From NCBI GenBank assembly GCA_963749495.1, contig CAVVMW010000019.1, forward strand, positions 96,001-160,000: a stretch of DNA of 64,000 nt, in the 5' to 3' direction. How positions within the stretch are numbered: the stretch's first letter is position 1; every line of letters begins with the position of its first letter. The notes under the pieces are model-generated. The model was not told the origin of the DNA. It was given only the letters and a program-made list of their open reading frames with translations, and made no database searches. The translations under genes and the position numbers were made by a program. The stretch is from an uncultured bacterium (lineage in GTDB: Bacteria; Verrucomicrobiota; Verrucomicrobiia; Limisphaerales; UBA8199). Shown here piece by piece: positions 31,770 through 42,643 of the stretch.

Positions 31770-33099
31770 ATGGGCAAATCCGTCACCGACGTTTTGAAGG
31801 AATGGGACGGTGGAAAGGAGGGGGCGAGCGCCTACGAATGCGTGTGCGCGCTCTACCCCTTCTGCCGCAGTATTACCGGCGATGGCCTGCGGCGGAGTCT
31901 GGGAACGCTCCAGCGATATGTGCCTCTGGTAATGCACGAGGTTCCCACCGGCACGCAGGTATTTGATTGGTCGGTGCCAAAAGAGTGGAATATCCGGGAT
32001 GCCTACGTCAAGAACTCCCGAGGGGAGAGGGTGATTGATTTTCGAAAGTGCAATCTGCACGTCGTGAATTACAGTGTCCCGGTGAAGCAGACGATTCGCC
32101 TGGAAGAGCTGCGGAAGCACGTCTTCACTTTGCCCGAGTCTCCTGATTTGATCCCATACCGCACTTCCTACTACCAGGAGACCTGGGGGTTCTGCTTAAG
32201 CCATTCCCATTGGCAGAGCCTTCGCGACGAAGAGTACGAGGTCTGTATTGACTCGACGCTGGCGCCCGGCCACCTGACCTACGGCGAGTTCAGGTCCCCG
32301 GGGGCAACCGACGACGAGGTAGTCATTTCCGCTCATTCGTGCCATCCTTCGCTCTGCAACGATAATTTATCAGCAATGGCCGTAGCCGCCAAATTGGCGC
32401 AGCACCTCGCAGGCGTGTCCTCGCGCTACTCCTACCGTTTCCTATGGGTTCCCGCCACCATCGGCACCGTGACTTGGCTGGCTTTGAACGAATCCGTAAT
32501 CCCGAGGATCAAGCATGGGCTGGTATTGTCGAGCGTGGGCGACCCAGGTCGGTTTACATACAAGCGCAGCCGGCAAGGCAGCGCGGAAATCGATCGCGCC
32601 GTGGCACACGTGCTGGAACACTCCGGTGGAGACTTCGAAATGCGGGATTTCACGCCGTACGGCTGCGACGAGCGGCAGTACCTGCTCGCCGGGCTTCAAC
32701 CTGCCCGTTGGCTGTTTTATGCGGACGCCCAATGAAGAATATCCGGAGAATCACACGTCCGCTGACAATCTGGACTTCGTCGGCCCTGCAGCCCTCGCGG
32801 AGTCAGTCCACAGCCTCCTAGGCGTCGTGGAAGTCCTCGAGAAAAACCTTCGTTTCCTCAATCTGAAGCCCAAATGCGAGCCGCAGCTCGGGCGCCGTGG
32901 CCTTTACCGGCAGGCGGGAGGCAAGGGAGGCAGGCTGTTCGAAGAAGCTGTAATGTGGGTCCTGAACTTTTCGGACGGTGAACATTCACTCCTGGACATC
33001 GCCGAGCGATCAAAGATGGAATTCGCCAAATTGGCCGAGGCCGCCGAGGGGCTCATCGTGAATAATCTGCTCCGACGGATAGAATCGCCCGATGTGTAG
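31770..33099 (+). CDS. DUF4910 protein (aminopeptidase-like fold, C-terminal HTH); 1-nt frameshift near 32681
   Basis: CRSITGDG, FDWSVPKEWNI, IPYRTSYY and CHPSLCNDNLS. DERQY-C-SPGFNLP is restored by removing one C; ends with LLDIAERS. Confidence 0.85.
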
Positions 33100-33144
33100 T
33101 TTCAAAGAACCATTCAAGTGTATTGTCCGATACGAAATGGACTT

Positions 33145-34446
33145 ATGAATCCTGTGCAAAATGGCCAAGCAATAACGGCGGCAACGCGTCAAGAAGGGGG
33201 AACGCGCAGTGCACATGCCAACGTCTGCCGCTTCTGCGCAACGCCCTTGAAACACACATTTGTGGATCTAGGCATGTCCCCCCTGTGCGAGAGTTACGTC
33301 AGCGCCGCGAAACTGAACCAGGTGGAGGCCTTTTATCCGCTCCACGTTCAGGTATGCGATCGGTGCTTCCTGGTGCAGCTCCAGGAATATGTCAGCCCGG
33401 AGGAGATTTTTGGGGAGTATGCTTACTTTTCTTCGTACTCGGATACCTGGCTGCGGCACGCGGCCGAATACGTGGACATGATCGTCCAAAGGTTGAAACT
33501 TGGCAGAGAGAGCCTGGCTGTGGAGCTGGCGAGCAACGACGGCTACTTGCTGCGCAACTTCGTGAAGATGGGCATCCCTGTGCTGGGAATCGAGCCCGCC
33601 GCCAACGTCGCGAAGGTCGCGATTGAGAAGGGCGTGCCAACGCTGGTCAAGTTTTTTGGCCGCAGCCTGGCGCACGAAATGGTGCGCGACGGCAGGCAGG
33701 CCGACCTTGTGACCGGCAACAACGTGATCGCACAGGTTCCGGATCTGAATGATTTCGTTGCCGGCATCGGCGTCGTTTTGAAGCCGCAGGGTGTGGCGAC
33801 CTTGGAATTCCCACACCTAATCCGGTTGATGGCGGAGAATCAATACGACACTATTTATCATGAGCACTTCTCGTATTTCTCATTCATTACGGCCGAAAAG
33901 GTCTTTAGCGCGCATGGCATGACGCTCTTTGACGTTGAGGAACTCCCGACGCATGGCGGGTCTATTCGCATCTATGCGCGCCATGGCGCGGACGAATCGA
34001 GACCCGTCACCCAGCGGGTCATCGAATTGAGAGACCGGGAGGTGGCCGCCGGCCTTGATCGGATGGATACGTATTCGACATTCAGCGAAAGCGTGAAGGA
34101 GTCGAAGCGCGGCTTGCTCGAGTTTTTGATCGCGGCAAAAAGGGCGGGTAAACGCATCGCGGGCTATGGAGCGCCGGGGAAGGGCAACACGCTACTCAAC
34201 TATTGCGGCATCCGGACAGATTTCCTCGATTATACTGTGGATCGGAACCCGTACAAGCAGGGCAAATTCCTTCCAGGGACGCACATCCCTATTTGTTCGC
34301 CGGAGAAGCTTTTCGAGACGAAACCGGATTACGTTCTTATCCTGCCGTGGAATTTCAAGGAGGAGATTGTGCAGCAGATGGCGCCCATCCGGCAATGGGG
34401 CGGGAAATTTGTGGTGCCCATACCAAGAGTGGAGGTTATTGCCTGA
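33145..34446 (+). CDS. NDP-hexose C-methyltransferase (zinc-binding N-terminus)
   Basis: CRFC, C..CFLVQL, ELASNDGYLL, DTIYHEH, THGGS, YGAPGKGNTLLNY and LPWN motifs. Confidence 0.9.
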   Translation: MNPVQNGQAITAATRQEGGTRSAHANVCRFCATPLKHTFVDLGMSPLCESYVSAAKLNQVEAFYPLHVQVCDRCFLVQLQEYVSPEEIFGEYAYFSSYSDTWLRHAAEYVDMIVQRLKLGRESLAVELASNDGYLLRNFVKMGIPVLGIEPAANVAKVAIEKGVPTLVKFFGRSLAHEMVRDGRQADLVTGNNVIAQVPDLNDFVAGIGVVLKPQGVATLEFPHLIRLMAENQYDTIYHEHFSYFSFITAEKVFSAHGMTLFDVEELPTHGGSIRIYARHGADESRPVTQRVIELRDREVAAGLDRMDTYSTFSESVKESKRGLLEFLIAAKRAGKRIAGYGAPGKGNTLLNYCGIRTDFLDYTVDRNPYKQGKFLPGTHIPICSPEKLFETKPDYVLILPWNFKEEIVQQMAPIRQWGGKFVVPIPRVEVIA

Positions 34447-34569
34447 GGTCATGAGCACCTCTAGAGGTGAAGGAAACGCCGCAGGCGGAACACTTGGTTT
34501 CCTCAGGCGGGCCTCCGGCGGCGGCGCGGCCCCGTCGGCAACAACTCCGGCGGTATCCAGGATGGCTTT

Positions 34570-35211
34570 ATGGTCCGAGTGAATTTTGAGGCAGTGCGCT
34601 CGATTCTATGTCTGGGAGCTCATGCCGATGACATCGAAATTGGCTGCGGTGGAACGGTTCTCAGGCTGCTGAAGGACCGACCCGGCTTGAACATCGTCTG
34701 GGTCGTTTTCAGCGCCGAGGGACGCCGGAGCAGGGAAGCCAAATCGAGCGCTCGCGTGCTTTTGAAGGGGGCCGGCGAAGCGAAGATCGTAATCAAGCAT
34801 TTTAGGAACGGTTTCTTTCCTTTCCGAGGGGAGGAGATCAAGGAGTTCTTTGAGAAGTTGAAGGGAACTGTCCAGCCCGATCTGGTCTTTACGCATTATC
34901 GAGAAGATCGTCACCAAGACCACCGAGTTCTCTCCGATCTTGCGTGGAACACGTTTCGGGACCACGTTATTCTGGAATACGAAGTTCCGAAGTATGACGG
35001 CGACATCGGCAACCCGAACCTGTACGTTGAATTGGATGAAGAGCTGTGCCAGCGCAAAATCGAGCATGCGTGCAGGTTTTTTCAAACCCAAGAGAGCAAA
35101 CATTGGTTTTCCTCGGACACATTCTTATCCTTGATGCGCCTGCGCGGGGTGGAATGCGCGTCCAGCACGAAGTACGCGGAGGCGTTTTACTGCAGGAAAC
35201 TGCTACTGTAA
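34570..35211 (+). CDS. PIG-L/LmbE family deacetylase
   Basis: [26 protein letters not shown] and YAEAF motifs. Confidence 0.88.
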   Translation: MVRVNFEAVRSILCLGAHADDIEIGCGGTVLRLLKDRPGLNIVWVVFSAEGRRSREAKSSARVLLKGAGEAKIVIKHFRNGFFPFRGEEIKEFFEKLKGTVQPDLVFTHYREDRHQDHRVLSDLAWNTFRDHVILEYEVPKYDGDIGNPNLYVELDEELCQRKIEHACRFFQTQESKHWFSSDTFLSLMRLRGVECASSTKYAEAFYCRKLLL

Positions 35212-35215
35212 CGAA

Positions 35216-36331
35216 GTGAAAACGGCCGATGACGAGCGTGTGAACGAGTTGGGAGAATCCGGCAGCGTGGACTCGGCCTTTTGGCGGGATCGTCCCGTTT
35301 TGGTCACCGGCGGCTCCGGACTCTTGGGAGGATGGTTGGTCAGAAGATTGTTGAATGTGGGCGCCCGCCTGGTCTGTTTGCTGCGCGGGCGGCCTCCGCA
35401 CCCCCAGGTGGTCGCCCCGGGCAGGCTGGAGCGGGCGAGGTTAGTTAGGGGCGACATCCGTGATCAGGCCCTGCTGGAGCGGATTTTGAAGGAGAATCAG
35501 ATCGATACGGTGTTCCATGCTGCCGCCCAGGCGGTTGTGGGTGTGGCCAATCGAGATCCTGTGCTCACGTTCGAGACTAATGTTCAAGGCACATGGTGCC
35601 TGCTGGAGGCCTGTCGTCGGAACGCCGGCGTTCGGCAGATTGTGGTGTCATCTTCCGACAAGGCGTATGGCGAACATGCAGACTTGCCATATCGCGAGGA
35701 TATGGCCTTGATCGGGTTGCACCCGTACGAGGTCAGCAAAGCTTGCACGGACCTGATCGCCACTAGCTACGGCAGGTCTCTCGCTTTGCCTGTGAGCGTG
35801 ACTCGCTGTGGCAACTTCTTTGGCGGCGGGGACATGAACTGGAACCGGATCGTCCCGGGGACCGTCCAAGCCATCTGTCAAGGAAAACGGCCGGTCATTC
35901 GCTCAGATGGGCAGTTCATCCGAGATTATCTGTACGCCGATGACGGGGCCGCCGCTCACATGCACTTGGCGCGGAGGTTGGCTGAGGACCGGTCACTGGC
36001 GGGGGAAGCCTTCAATTTTTCGCACGAAGTGCGGATGACGGTGCTCGAGTTGGTTCGGAAGATTGCGCAGCTTATGGAATGCTCACTCTCGCCTGACATT
36101 CGAAACGAAGTCAGCCAGGAGATCCGAACGCAGTACCTAACCTCAGCCAAAGCCCGCGAGCGGCTCGGCTGGAGGCCGCTCCACAGTATGGAAGAAGGGC
36201 TGCGGGAGACTGTAAGCTGGTACCGTAGTTACCTGTCGTCCCTTGACTCGCTCGAAGGCGGCGCGAGCGCCGCCCAAACGGGCCGCACGCCTCAGATGAA
36301 AAGCAAGAGCAGAACAAAGCCAAAGCTATGA
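35216..36331 (+). CDS. NDP-sugar 4,6-dehydratase-like (CDP-glucose 4,6-dehydratase family)
   Basis: [36 protein letters not shown] and [15 protein letters not shown] motifs. Confidence 0.85.
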   Translation: MKTADDERVNELGESGSVDSAFWRDRPVLVTGGSGLLGGWLVRRLLNVGARLVCLLRGRPPHPQVVAPGRLERARLVRGDIRDQALLERILKENQIDTVFHAAAQAVVGVANRDPVLTFETNVQGTWCLLEACRRNAGVRQIVVSSSDKAYGEHADLPYREDMALIGLHPYEVSKACTDLIATSYGRSLALPVSVTRCGNFFGGGDMNWNRIVPGTVQAICQGKRPVIRSDGQFIRDYLYADDGAAAHMHLARRLAEDRSLAGEAFNFSHEVRMTVLELVRKIAQLMECSLSPDIRNEVSQEIRTQYLTSAKARERLGWRPLHSMEEGLRETVSWYRSYLSSLDSLEGGASAAQTGRTPQMKSKSRTKPKL

Positions 36332-36744
36332 ATCTCGGGCAGCAAGTCCCCCGGGCGGGATGGGCGCAGCCAAGGCGGCATTCATCAGCCAGATGCGGGC
36401 AGCGTATTACACCGGCCCTTCGATGAGCGCCGCCACATCTGTTGGTCTCCAAGCCGCCATGCGGGCTGTGCTGCAGGCCACAACATCCGGCGGCCAAGCA
36501 ACTGCGAACCTTTCCTGCCTTGCATCGGGTGATAGCACCCCGTCAACGGAGGCCGCAGCGCAAGCGGATATGAATTTGGGCAACAAGAACCCGAGCACTC
36601 CTCTCGCGGTCCCTGACGGGATCAACGCACAAGCAGGTGGCCAAACATTCGCCAGTCCGGGTGGTCCTGATCGCGGCATATTGGGGATGGCATTCATCGA
36701 TTGGAGCGTTCTGCGCCGGAAGTCCTGATTCCACGAGGTTTCCA

Positions 36745-38889
36745 ATGAAAAAAAACGTAATCTTTGCAATCGCCTTTTTGGCGCTCGCCCCGATTTTGAT
36801 TCGGGCGGGGTCTGGTCCCGCGTACCCGCTCAAGCTGTCTGCCGGGAATCATTATCTGGTGGACCAGGCCGGAACGCCGTTTTTCATCCAGGGCGAGGCC
36901 GCCTGGTCGCTGATTGCGCAACTAGATACGGCGGACGTGGAGACGTATCTGAGTGACCGTTGGGCGAAGGGTTTCAACACGATCATCGTGAACCTGATTG
37001 AGCATTATTATGCCGACAATGCCCCGGCGAATTACTACGGAGTTTATCCGTTCACCAACAAACTGAGCGGCGGCTATTGGGATTTCAGCAGTATCAACCC
37101 TGATTATTTTACCAACTCCGACGCGGCGATCAGTCGCGCGGGTTACTATGGTATCCAAGTGATTCTTGCTCCGGCCTATCTTGGCTATGGCGGCGGTTCG
37201 GAGGGCTGGTATCAGGACATGACACACAACAGCCTCGTGAACCTTACGAATTGGGGCAATTATGTGGGGAATCGGTACAAGAGCTACACCAACATCATCT
37301 GGTTGAACGGGTGCGATTATGAGGCGCCGAACAAGACGGTAGTGGATGCGGTGGCCTCCGGGATTTTGCAGCAGGACCCGAGCCATTTGATGACGGCGCA
37401 TTGCAAACGGGGTGATTCGGCGTTCGACTACTATACAGAGTCGTGGGATAATTTCAATTCCACCTACACGGCGAGTATCGCATACATAAAAACACTCTCT
37501 GATTACCAGCGCAGCCCAGTAGCGCCCACCTTTCTGGTCGAGGCATACTATGAAGTCCCTGGAAATCCAAGCTACCCAGCGATCCAAACGCGGTGGGAGG
37601 CTTACGGGGCAGTGCTGAGCGGGGCGATGGGCGGTTGTTTCGGGGTGGACAAGATTGATGTCTTTTCATCCGGCTGGCAGGCAAATCTCCAAAGCCCCGG
37701 TTCGCTCGCCTACACGAACCTGATAAAGCTGGTTCGGACGCGACCTTGGTACAACTGCGTCCCCGACAGCGGGCATACGGTGGTGACAAGCGGTTACGGC
37801 ACCTCGGGGCAGACGGACTACATCACGGCGATGCGGGAGAGCACTGGCAAGACTATCATCGCGTATGTTCCACAGGATCAAATGACATTTACCGTTGCGA
37901 TGAATCAGATTTCAGGCAGCACTGCGAACGCGTGGTGGTATAATCCGCAGACGGGAGCGGCGACGCTTATTGGCAGCTACGGAACGTCGGGCAGCAAAAC
38001 CTTTACTCCGCCGGACAACTATGATTGGGTGCTGGTGCTGGACGACGCTTCCCAGAATTACGGGGCACCGGGGGCAGCGCCCGGATTGCCGACTAGCTGC
38101 AGCCTGACTTCGTCCGTGAATCCGGCGCTGCCGGGCCAGGCCGTCGTTTTCACCTGCACCCTGAGTCCCGTAGCTCCCGAAACCACCACGCCTACCGGCA
38201 CGATTCAGTTCACGGTTGACGGCGCTAACGCAGGCGGGCCAATAACCCTGAGCGGCGGGACCGCGGCTTACACGAGTGCAAGCCTCGCGCACGGCGCGCA
38301 TAGCGTCGTGGCCGAATATTCTGGAGACGCTCTCTTTTTCGCCACCAACAACGCGTTGTCACCTGTTCAAGTAATTGACACGCCCCCTGTGGCGGGCCCG
38401 GCCACAATGCAGCGCGAGCCGGCGAGCGGGGCAAAAATCTGGATCAGCGCAGTGCTCACCAATTGCACGGACGCCGACGGCGACCCGATTGTTTTGGCGG
38501 GCGTCAGCGCCACCAGTGCCAACGGGGGCACCGTTGTGACCAACAACGGGTGGATATTCTATACGCCAGCCTCGGGATTCGTCAACTCAGATTCCTTCAC
38601 CTACACAATCAGCGACGGCTACGTCTCCGTTACCGGGACAGTCACAGTGAATATCCAGGTGGACAATGGTCCCTCGGCGAACTTAAGCGTCAGCGTCCAG
38701 AGTGATGGCTCTTACGCGATCCTCGGGGACGGCATTCCGGGCTACACTTACCACATTCAGTTCGCCGATAACCCGGAAGGCAGCAACTGGCAAGCCCTGG
38801 GCACGGTGACGGCCGACTCGTCTGGCATGTTCCAGTTCATTGACAGCGCAGGCACCCCGCAACGCTCCTACCGGTCCGTCTATCCTTAG
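36745..38889 (+). CDS. Secreted DUF4038/collagen-binding-like protein with two Ig-like domains and a ~70-aa C-terminal domain
   Basis: Signal peptide MKKNVIFAIAFLALAPILIRA. N-terminal ~430 aa paralogous to 13696..18165. Then TSSVNP..GQ.V.FT..YSGD, D.DGD..YTP...DSFTYTISDG, ending QRSYRSVYP. Confidence 0.85.
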   Translation: MKKNVIFAIAFLALAPILIRAGSGPAYPLKLSAGNHYLVDQAGTPFFIQGEAAWSLIAQLDTADVETYLSDRWAKGFNTIIVNLIEHYYADNAPANYYGVYPFTNKLSGGYWDFSSINPDYFTNSDAAISRAGYYGIQVILAPAYLGYGGGSEGWYQDMTHNSLVNLTNWGNYVGNRYKSYTNIIWLNGCDYEAPNKTVVDAVASGILQQDPSHLMTAHCKRGDSAFDYYTESWDNFNSTYTASIAYIKTLSDYQRSPVAPTFLVEAYYEVPGNPSYPAIQTRWEAYGAVLSGAMGGCFGVDKIDVFSSGWQANLQSPGSLAYTNLIKLVRTRPWYNCVPDSGHTVVTSGYGTSGQTDYITAMRESTGKTIIAYVPQDQMTFTVAMNQISGSTANAWWYNPQTGAATLIGSYGTSGSKTFTPPDNYDWVLVLDDASQNYGAPGAAPGLPTSCSLTSSVNPALPGQAVVFTCTLSPVAPETTTPTGTIQFTVDGANAGGPITLSGGTAAYTSASLAHGAHSVVAEYSGDALFFATNNALSPVQVIDTPPVAGPATMQREPASGAKIWISAVLTNCTDADGDPIVLAGVSATSANGGTVVTNNGWIFYTPASGFVNSDSFTYTISDGYVSVTGTVTVNIQVDNGPSANLSVSVQSDGSYAILGDGIPGYTYHIQFADNPEGSNWQALGTVTADSSGMFQFIDSAGTPQRSYRSVYP

Positions 38890-38968
38890 GCTCGGCTCGC
38901 GTCGGAGCAGGTTCTCCATCTTTTCTACCGGGAACTTCGGCACCGCACGGCCCGCATGCGCGCGTCGC

Positions 38969-39060
38969 AGCTTGGCGCTGAAGGGCGATGGAACAGTGGT
39001 TTTCTGGGACGGTTACGGACTCATCAACGGCACCGTGCCAACGCGACTGGCGACCATTGG
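38969..39060 (+). pseudogene. Single degenerate RCC1-like repeat remnant
   Basis: SLALKGDGTVVFWDGYGLINGTVPTRL resembles 'HSLALK.DGTVV.WG...GQ..VP..L'. No proper start. Confidence 0.45.
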
Positions 39061-39087
39061 TTGTGACTGCCACCGGGGAGTGTTATA

Positions 39088-40866
39088 ATGGACGATATTC
39101 GACAGGGAGAACCAATTCAACGCGATGCCCGCAGCGTCAATAAACGGGCGGTGGGGCAACTGCTTCTGGAACTAATGGAACCCGGACACAGCAGAGTCGT
39201 CGGAGTTCTCGATGGTGCCTTGTCGCCAGGCCTTTGGAGGCTGTTCACCAGCTTAGCCCAACTCTACCCCGTTGAATTCCGTCACTGGCGTCCCGGTGAA
39301 CAGGATGGACTGGTTGCCCTGATAGTTGTCGAGCCAAGCCCCGGCACGTCCTCGCTCGCCACCCGAGCCGACCTGCCGACCTTGGTCAGCCCGGCACCCG
39401 GCAGGGACGCTGCGCGGTGTCACTCCCAGGAAGTGGAATTCAGCAAATCTCCGCAGTTGGACCCGTGTCTGCGGGGGCGGGGCATGGTGGATTCGGAATC
39501 GCGATCATCTTGCGTTTTGCAGATGAGGCAAGGCGACGAACTATTGGCTTCCAGGGATGGGCAGCCGATTTGGCTTCGGCGGCGGACGAACAAGGGACAG
39601 GTAGACTTCGTAGCTCTGGCGCTGCCGGAGCTGGAGGCCGGGGAGGGCGTGCGCGAGCATTTTCGGTCGGGCCGGTGCATGGGCTTGTTGCCCTTGCTTT
39701 GTTTCCTACGCGCATTGACCCAAGAGGTCGATTGGCAGCCGGGGCCGGTCCCCGCGTGCCTGGTTTTCGATGATCCCAGCCTCTATTCCACTTTGTACGG
39801 CTTTCTTGACTACCGTGAGTTGGCGGCTCATGCCCAGGCTCATAGCTATTGTGTTTCGGTCGCCATCATTCCCCTGGATTGCTGGCGTTTGGACTCCCGA
39901 GCCCTTGCGATCTTTCGTTCCCATTCTCCCCGCCTTTCTCTCGTCCTCCACGGCAACAGTCATATCAAGAATGAACTGGCTCAATCGAGGCCGCCGGAAG
40001 ATTGCCTCCGATTACTGGCTCAGGCCCTTCGCCGGTACTCCTCTGTGCGCCAGAATGAAGGCCTGGAGGCCTGTCTGGTCATGGAAGCTCCGCACGGCGC
40101 GGTTACCACTGAAAACCTGGCCCAGATGGTAGCCCTCGGCTATGCGGCGGTGCTGGGGACTCCGGAACGCTTGTTCCGCTGCAACGCGGGAGCCAACCTC
40201 CCTAAGACTCTCGGCATGGACTACGCGGATCTCTTGGGTGGTCTGCCTGTGATCCCTCGCATCAGGATGAGCCCCGGCTGGGGGACGGATGTCCTGTTGG
40301 CGGCGTTCCTGCGGCAACCCATCGTTCTGGCTTGCCACCACTGGGATTTGGCCGCTGGGTACGATTTGCCGTGGGCCTTCGCCGATCTCGTCAATGGCCT
40401 CACCGGCACCCGCTGGGCCAGCCCAAGCGCTATCGTGAATTCCAGTTTCAAATTGCTCCGCACAGGCGAGTTGCTGCACCTCAAGATGTATTCCCGGCGT
40501 GTCTGTGTCTCCGTACCTGACGATGTCCGGATGCTTGCAGTTTATAGACATTGGATCGGACAGGACGAGCCCGGCGAGCCGCTCGCTGTTTCCGCTTGCG
40601 GCCAGCTCCGCTTTTCCGCGGCGGCTGCCCCACGTGTGGTTGGTCCCATTTCGGTTACCCCGGGGGAAATGATCGAAATCACCAGCCCGCCTAAGAACCC
40701 GGTGGATTATCGCCGGGTTCGGACGCCCCGGCCCCAGTGCTGGCCGGTGGTGCGCAAGGTGTTCATGGAGGTTCGCGACCGCACCGCTCCCGGGCGCCTG
40801 CGGGCGAGGAACCTTTTCCAGCGGTCATGGTCAAGGATGGTAAGTGCCAACCTCAAACGTTCATGA
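39088..40866 (+). CDS. Hypothetical protein with a divergent deacetylase-like domain
   Basis: Long ORF with operon overlap. LVFDDP, LHGNSH, EAPHG and CHH resemble CE4-like metal motifs. Confidence 0.6.
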   Translation: MDDIRQGEPIQRDARSVNKRAVGQLLLELMEPGHSRVVGVLDGALSPGLWRLFTSLAQLYPVEFRHWRPGEQDGLVALIVVEPSPGTSSLATRADLPTLVSPAPGRDAARCHSQEVEFSKSPQLDPCLRGRGMVDSESRSSCVLQMRQGDELLASRDGQPIWLRRRTNKGQVDFVALALPELEAGEGVREHFRSGRCMGLLPLLCFLRALTQEVDWQPGPVPACLVFDDPSLYSTLYGFLDYRELAAHAQAHSYCVSVAIIPLDCWRLDSRALAIFRSHSPRLSLVLHGNSHIKNELAQSRPPEDCLRLLAQALRRYSSVRQNEGLEACLVMEAPHGAVTTENLAQMVALGYAAVLGTPERLFRCNAGANLPKTLGMDYADLLGGLPVIPRIRMSPGWGTDVLLAAFLRQPIVLACHHWDLAAGYDLPWAFADLVNGLTGTRWASPSAIVNSSFKLLRTGELLHLKMYSRRVCVSVPDDVRMLAVYRHWIGQDEPGEPLAVSACGQLRFSAAAAPRVVGPISVTPGEMIEITSPPKNPVDYRRVRTPRPQCWPVVRKVFMEVRDRTAPGRLRARNLFQRSWSRMVSANLKRS

Positions 40867-41082
40867 CGAGTAATCCCTTCCTCCTGGGGGGAGCGTTCCT
40901 GGTGACAGGCGGCACGCGCGGCATCGGGCGCGCCATCTCGATCCAGTTTGCGCGTGCCGGGGCGTGTGTCGTAGCCGGTTACCTGCGGAACGAAAACGCT
41001 GCTCGGGGGCTTAAGGCCTTGGCAGAGAGTGAACAATTGCGGGTGGAGTTGTGCCGCGCGGATCTGACGACCTCGGAAGGGT
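40863..41082 (+). pseudogene. 5' part of a FabL-like SDR interrupted by IS66
   Basis: VTGGTRGIGRAIS...CRADLTTSEG ends at the IS boundary. Confidence 0.9.
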
Positions 41083-41186
41083 GTAACCGTTCACAGGTTA
41101 CCCCGGCGGAGGGGGAGTTTATTGGGGCGTGAGCGGACAGAGCCGCAGACCAGCAAGCAGAGAGCGGCGAGAATGTGACCGAGCCT

Positions 41187-42641
41187 TCACGATGAATCGA
41201 GGAGTAAGGAAGGAACTTTCAACCCCTTGAAATCGGCGCTGATAGCCTGATAGATCCATTGAAAGGGGGAGCGTTGGTGTAAGGCGCAAGTGGCCATGAC
41301 TGTCCAAAGTCGCTCACAGATCTGTCGTCCGCGCGCACTGCGCGTGCCTTGGGTAATATGGCGGTCCATCACCACAAAACGCATGGCCTGTTCGACCACG
41401 TTGTTGGTGGGCTCGATGTCCGGAGTAGTAATGAACTGGAAGTAGGCTTCGCCGTGGTGATAGAAGCGCTCGGCCAGGTTGTAGATCAACCGGTGATACG
41501 GACCGTCTGCGGCGGGAATGGCCGCCTTCCAGATCTGGTCGTGCGCTTGCTGCAGTTGGGCTTCAAAAGCTCGGGCGCCCAGTTGATCCTTACGGTGGAG
41601 TGTCCAGAACAGGGCTTGGAGGCCGGTCAGCAGTCCCCGGCCGTAGCGTTGGACCTGGGCATCGGGAAACTCGCAGAGGTATTTGACGTCCCGAATCAAG
41701 TGGGCCAGACAGAACTGGACCAGCACGGAACATTGGCGCGCATATTTGCGGTAGGCCGCGTAGTAATCGCATCCCAGAATCCCTTTGAAGTCTTGGCCCA
41801 GGACACGCATCAAGACCTCGGTGCCACGGGAGGGCTCGATCGTGAAGAGGACAAAACTGGCGGCCCGAAAACACCAGATCCAGTAACGCTGGCCATTCTC
41901 TTTGTGTCCGGTCTCATCGGTGTTGAGGCGAGTTTGTTGGGGCAGCAGTTCGATGAGCTCTCCATAGGGCTGGGCGAAGGCGTGGCTGGCTTTGTGCAGG
42001 AGTTTGGCGGCATAGCCGCGAGAGACTTTGACGCCAACCACGTCCTGGAAAAAATCTCGAATCCCGCTGTAGGAAGCATGGATTTTAGCCTTGAGATAGA
42101 CGGCCAAGCTCGTCAACCGCGGCCCGAACAGGCCCGCCTTGACGATGTGCTGGGGCAAGGCGGCCTGGTGATAGCAGCCGCAGTCCTGGCACCAAATGCT
42201 GTAAGCCGTATACTCGACCACCCGGAACGGTTTTTCCACCAACTCGACCTGTTGGATCGTGCGTTGGTGCTCCGGTCCCTCCGCCGGGCTAATCCGGTGG
42301 GAGGGATCAACCGGACATTGCTTGAGGCGGAAGGGGATCCGTTGATCAACTTGATCGGGAGCAAAGGCAGGCCGCTGATGTTTGGGATGTCCCTTTTGCC
42401 CGCCGATGCGCCGCTTGGACTTTTTCCCGCGCCGCTGCCCCCGGGGTTTGACGATGTCGCTGGAGGGCGGTTTGGAGGAGTTACCCGAATGCTTGCGGGC
42501 GGCGGCCAGTTGATTCATTAGCCGGGCGTTTTCGGCTTGGAGTTCGGCCACCCGCGACTCCAGGCGCGCCTTGTCCTGGCGGAGTTGGGCGTTTTCCTCC
42601 TCCAACTGGCGCAGTCGTTTTTTTCCGGTGAACCAGCCCAT
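41187..42641 (-). CDS. IS66-family DDE transposase (TnpC-like)
   Basis: N-terminal coiled coil, NSSKPPSSD, CQDCG, NTDETG, CDYYAAY, QFCLAHLIRD and PTNNVVEQAMR. Confidence 0.92.
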   Translation of the reverse strand: MGWFTGKKRLRQLEEENAQLRQDKARLESRVAELQAENARLMNQLAAARKHSGNSSKPPSSDIVKPRGQRRGKKSKRRIGGQKGHPKHQRPAFAPDQVDQRIPFRLKQCPVDPSHRISPAEGPEHQRTIQQVELVEKPFRVVEYTAYSIWCQDCGCYHQAALPQHIVKAGLFGPRLTSLAVYLKAKIHASYSGIRDFFQDVVGVKVSRGYAAKLLHKASHAFAQPYGELIELLPQQTRLNTDETGHKENGQRYWIWCFRAASFVLFTIEPSRGTEVLMRVLGQDFKGILGCDYYAAYRKYARQCSVLVQFCLAHLIRDVKYLCEFPDAQVQRYGRGLLTGLQALFWTLHRKDQLGARAFEAQLQQAHDQIWKAAIPAADGPYHRLIYNLAERFYHHGEAYFQFITTPDIEPTNNVVEQAMRFVVMDRHITQGTRSARGRQICERLWTVMATCALHQRSPFQWIYQAISADFKGLKVPSLLLDSS

Positions 42642-42643
42642 GG

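Noticed and set aside
36360..36728. 122-aa Ala-rich ORF
   Set aside because: No recognisable motif or clear RBS; cannot be supported as a gene, though not excluded.
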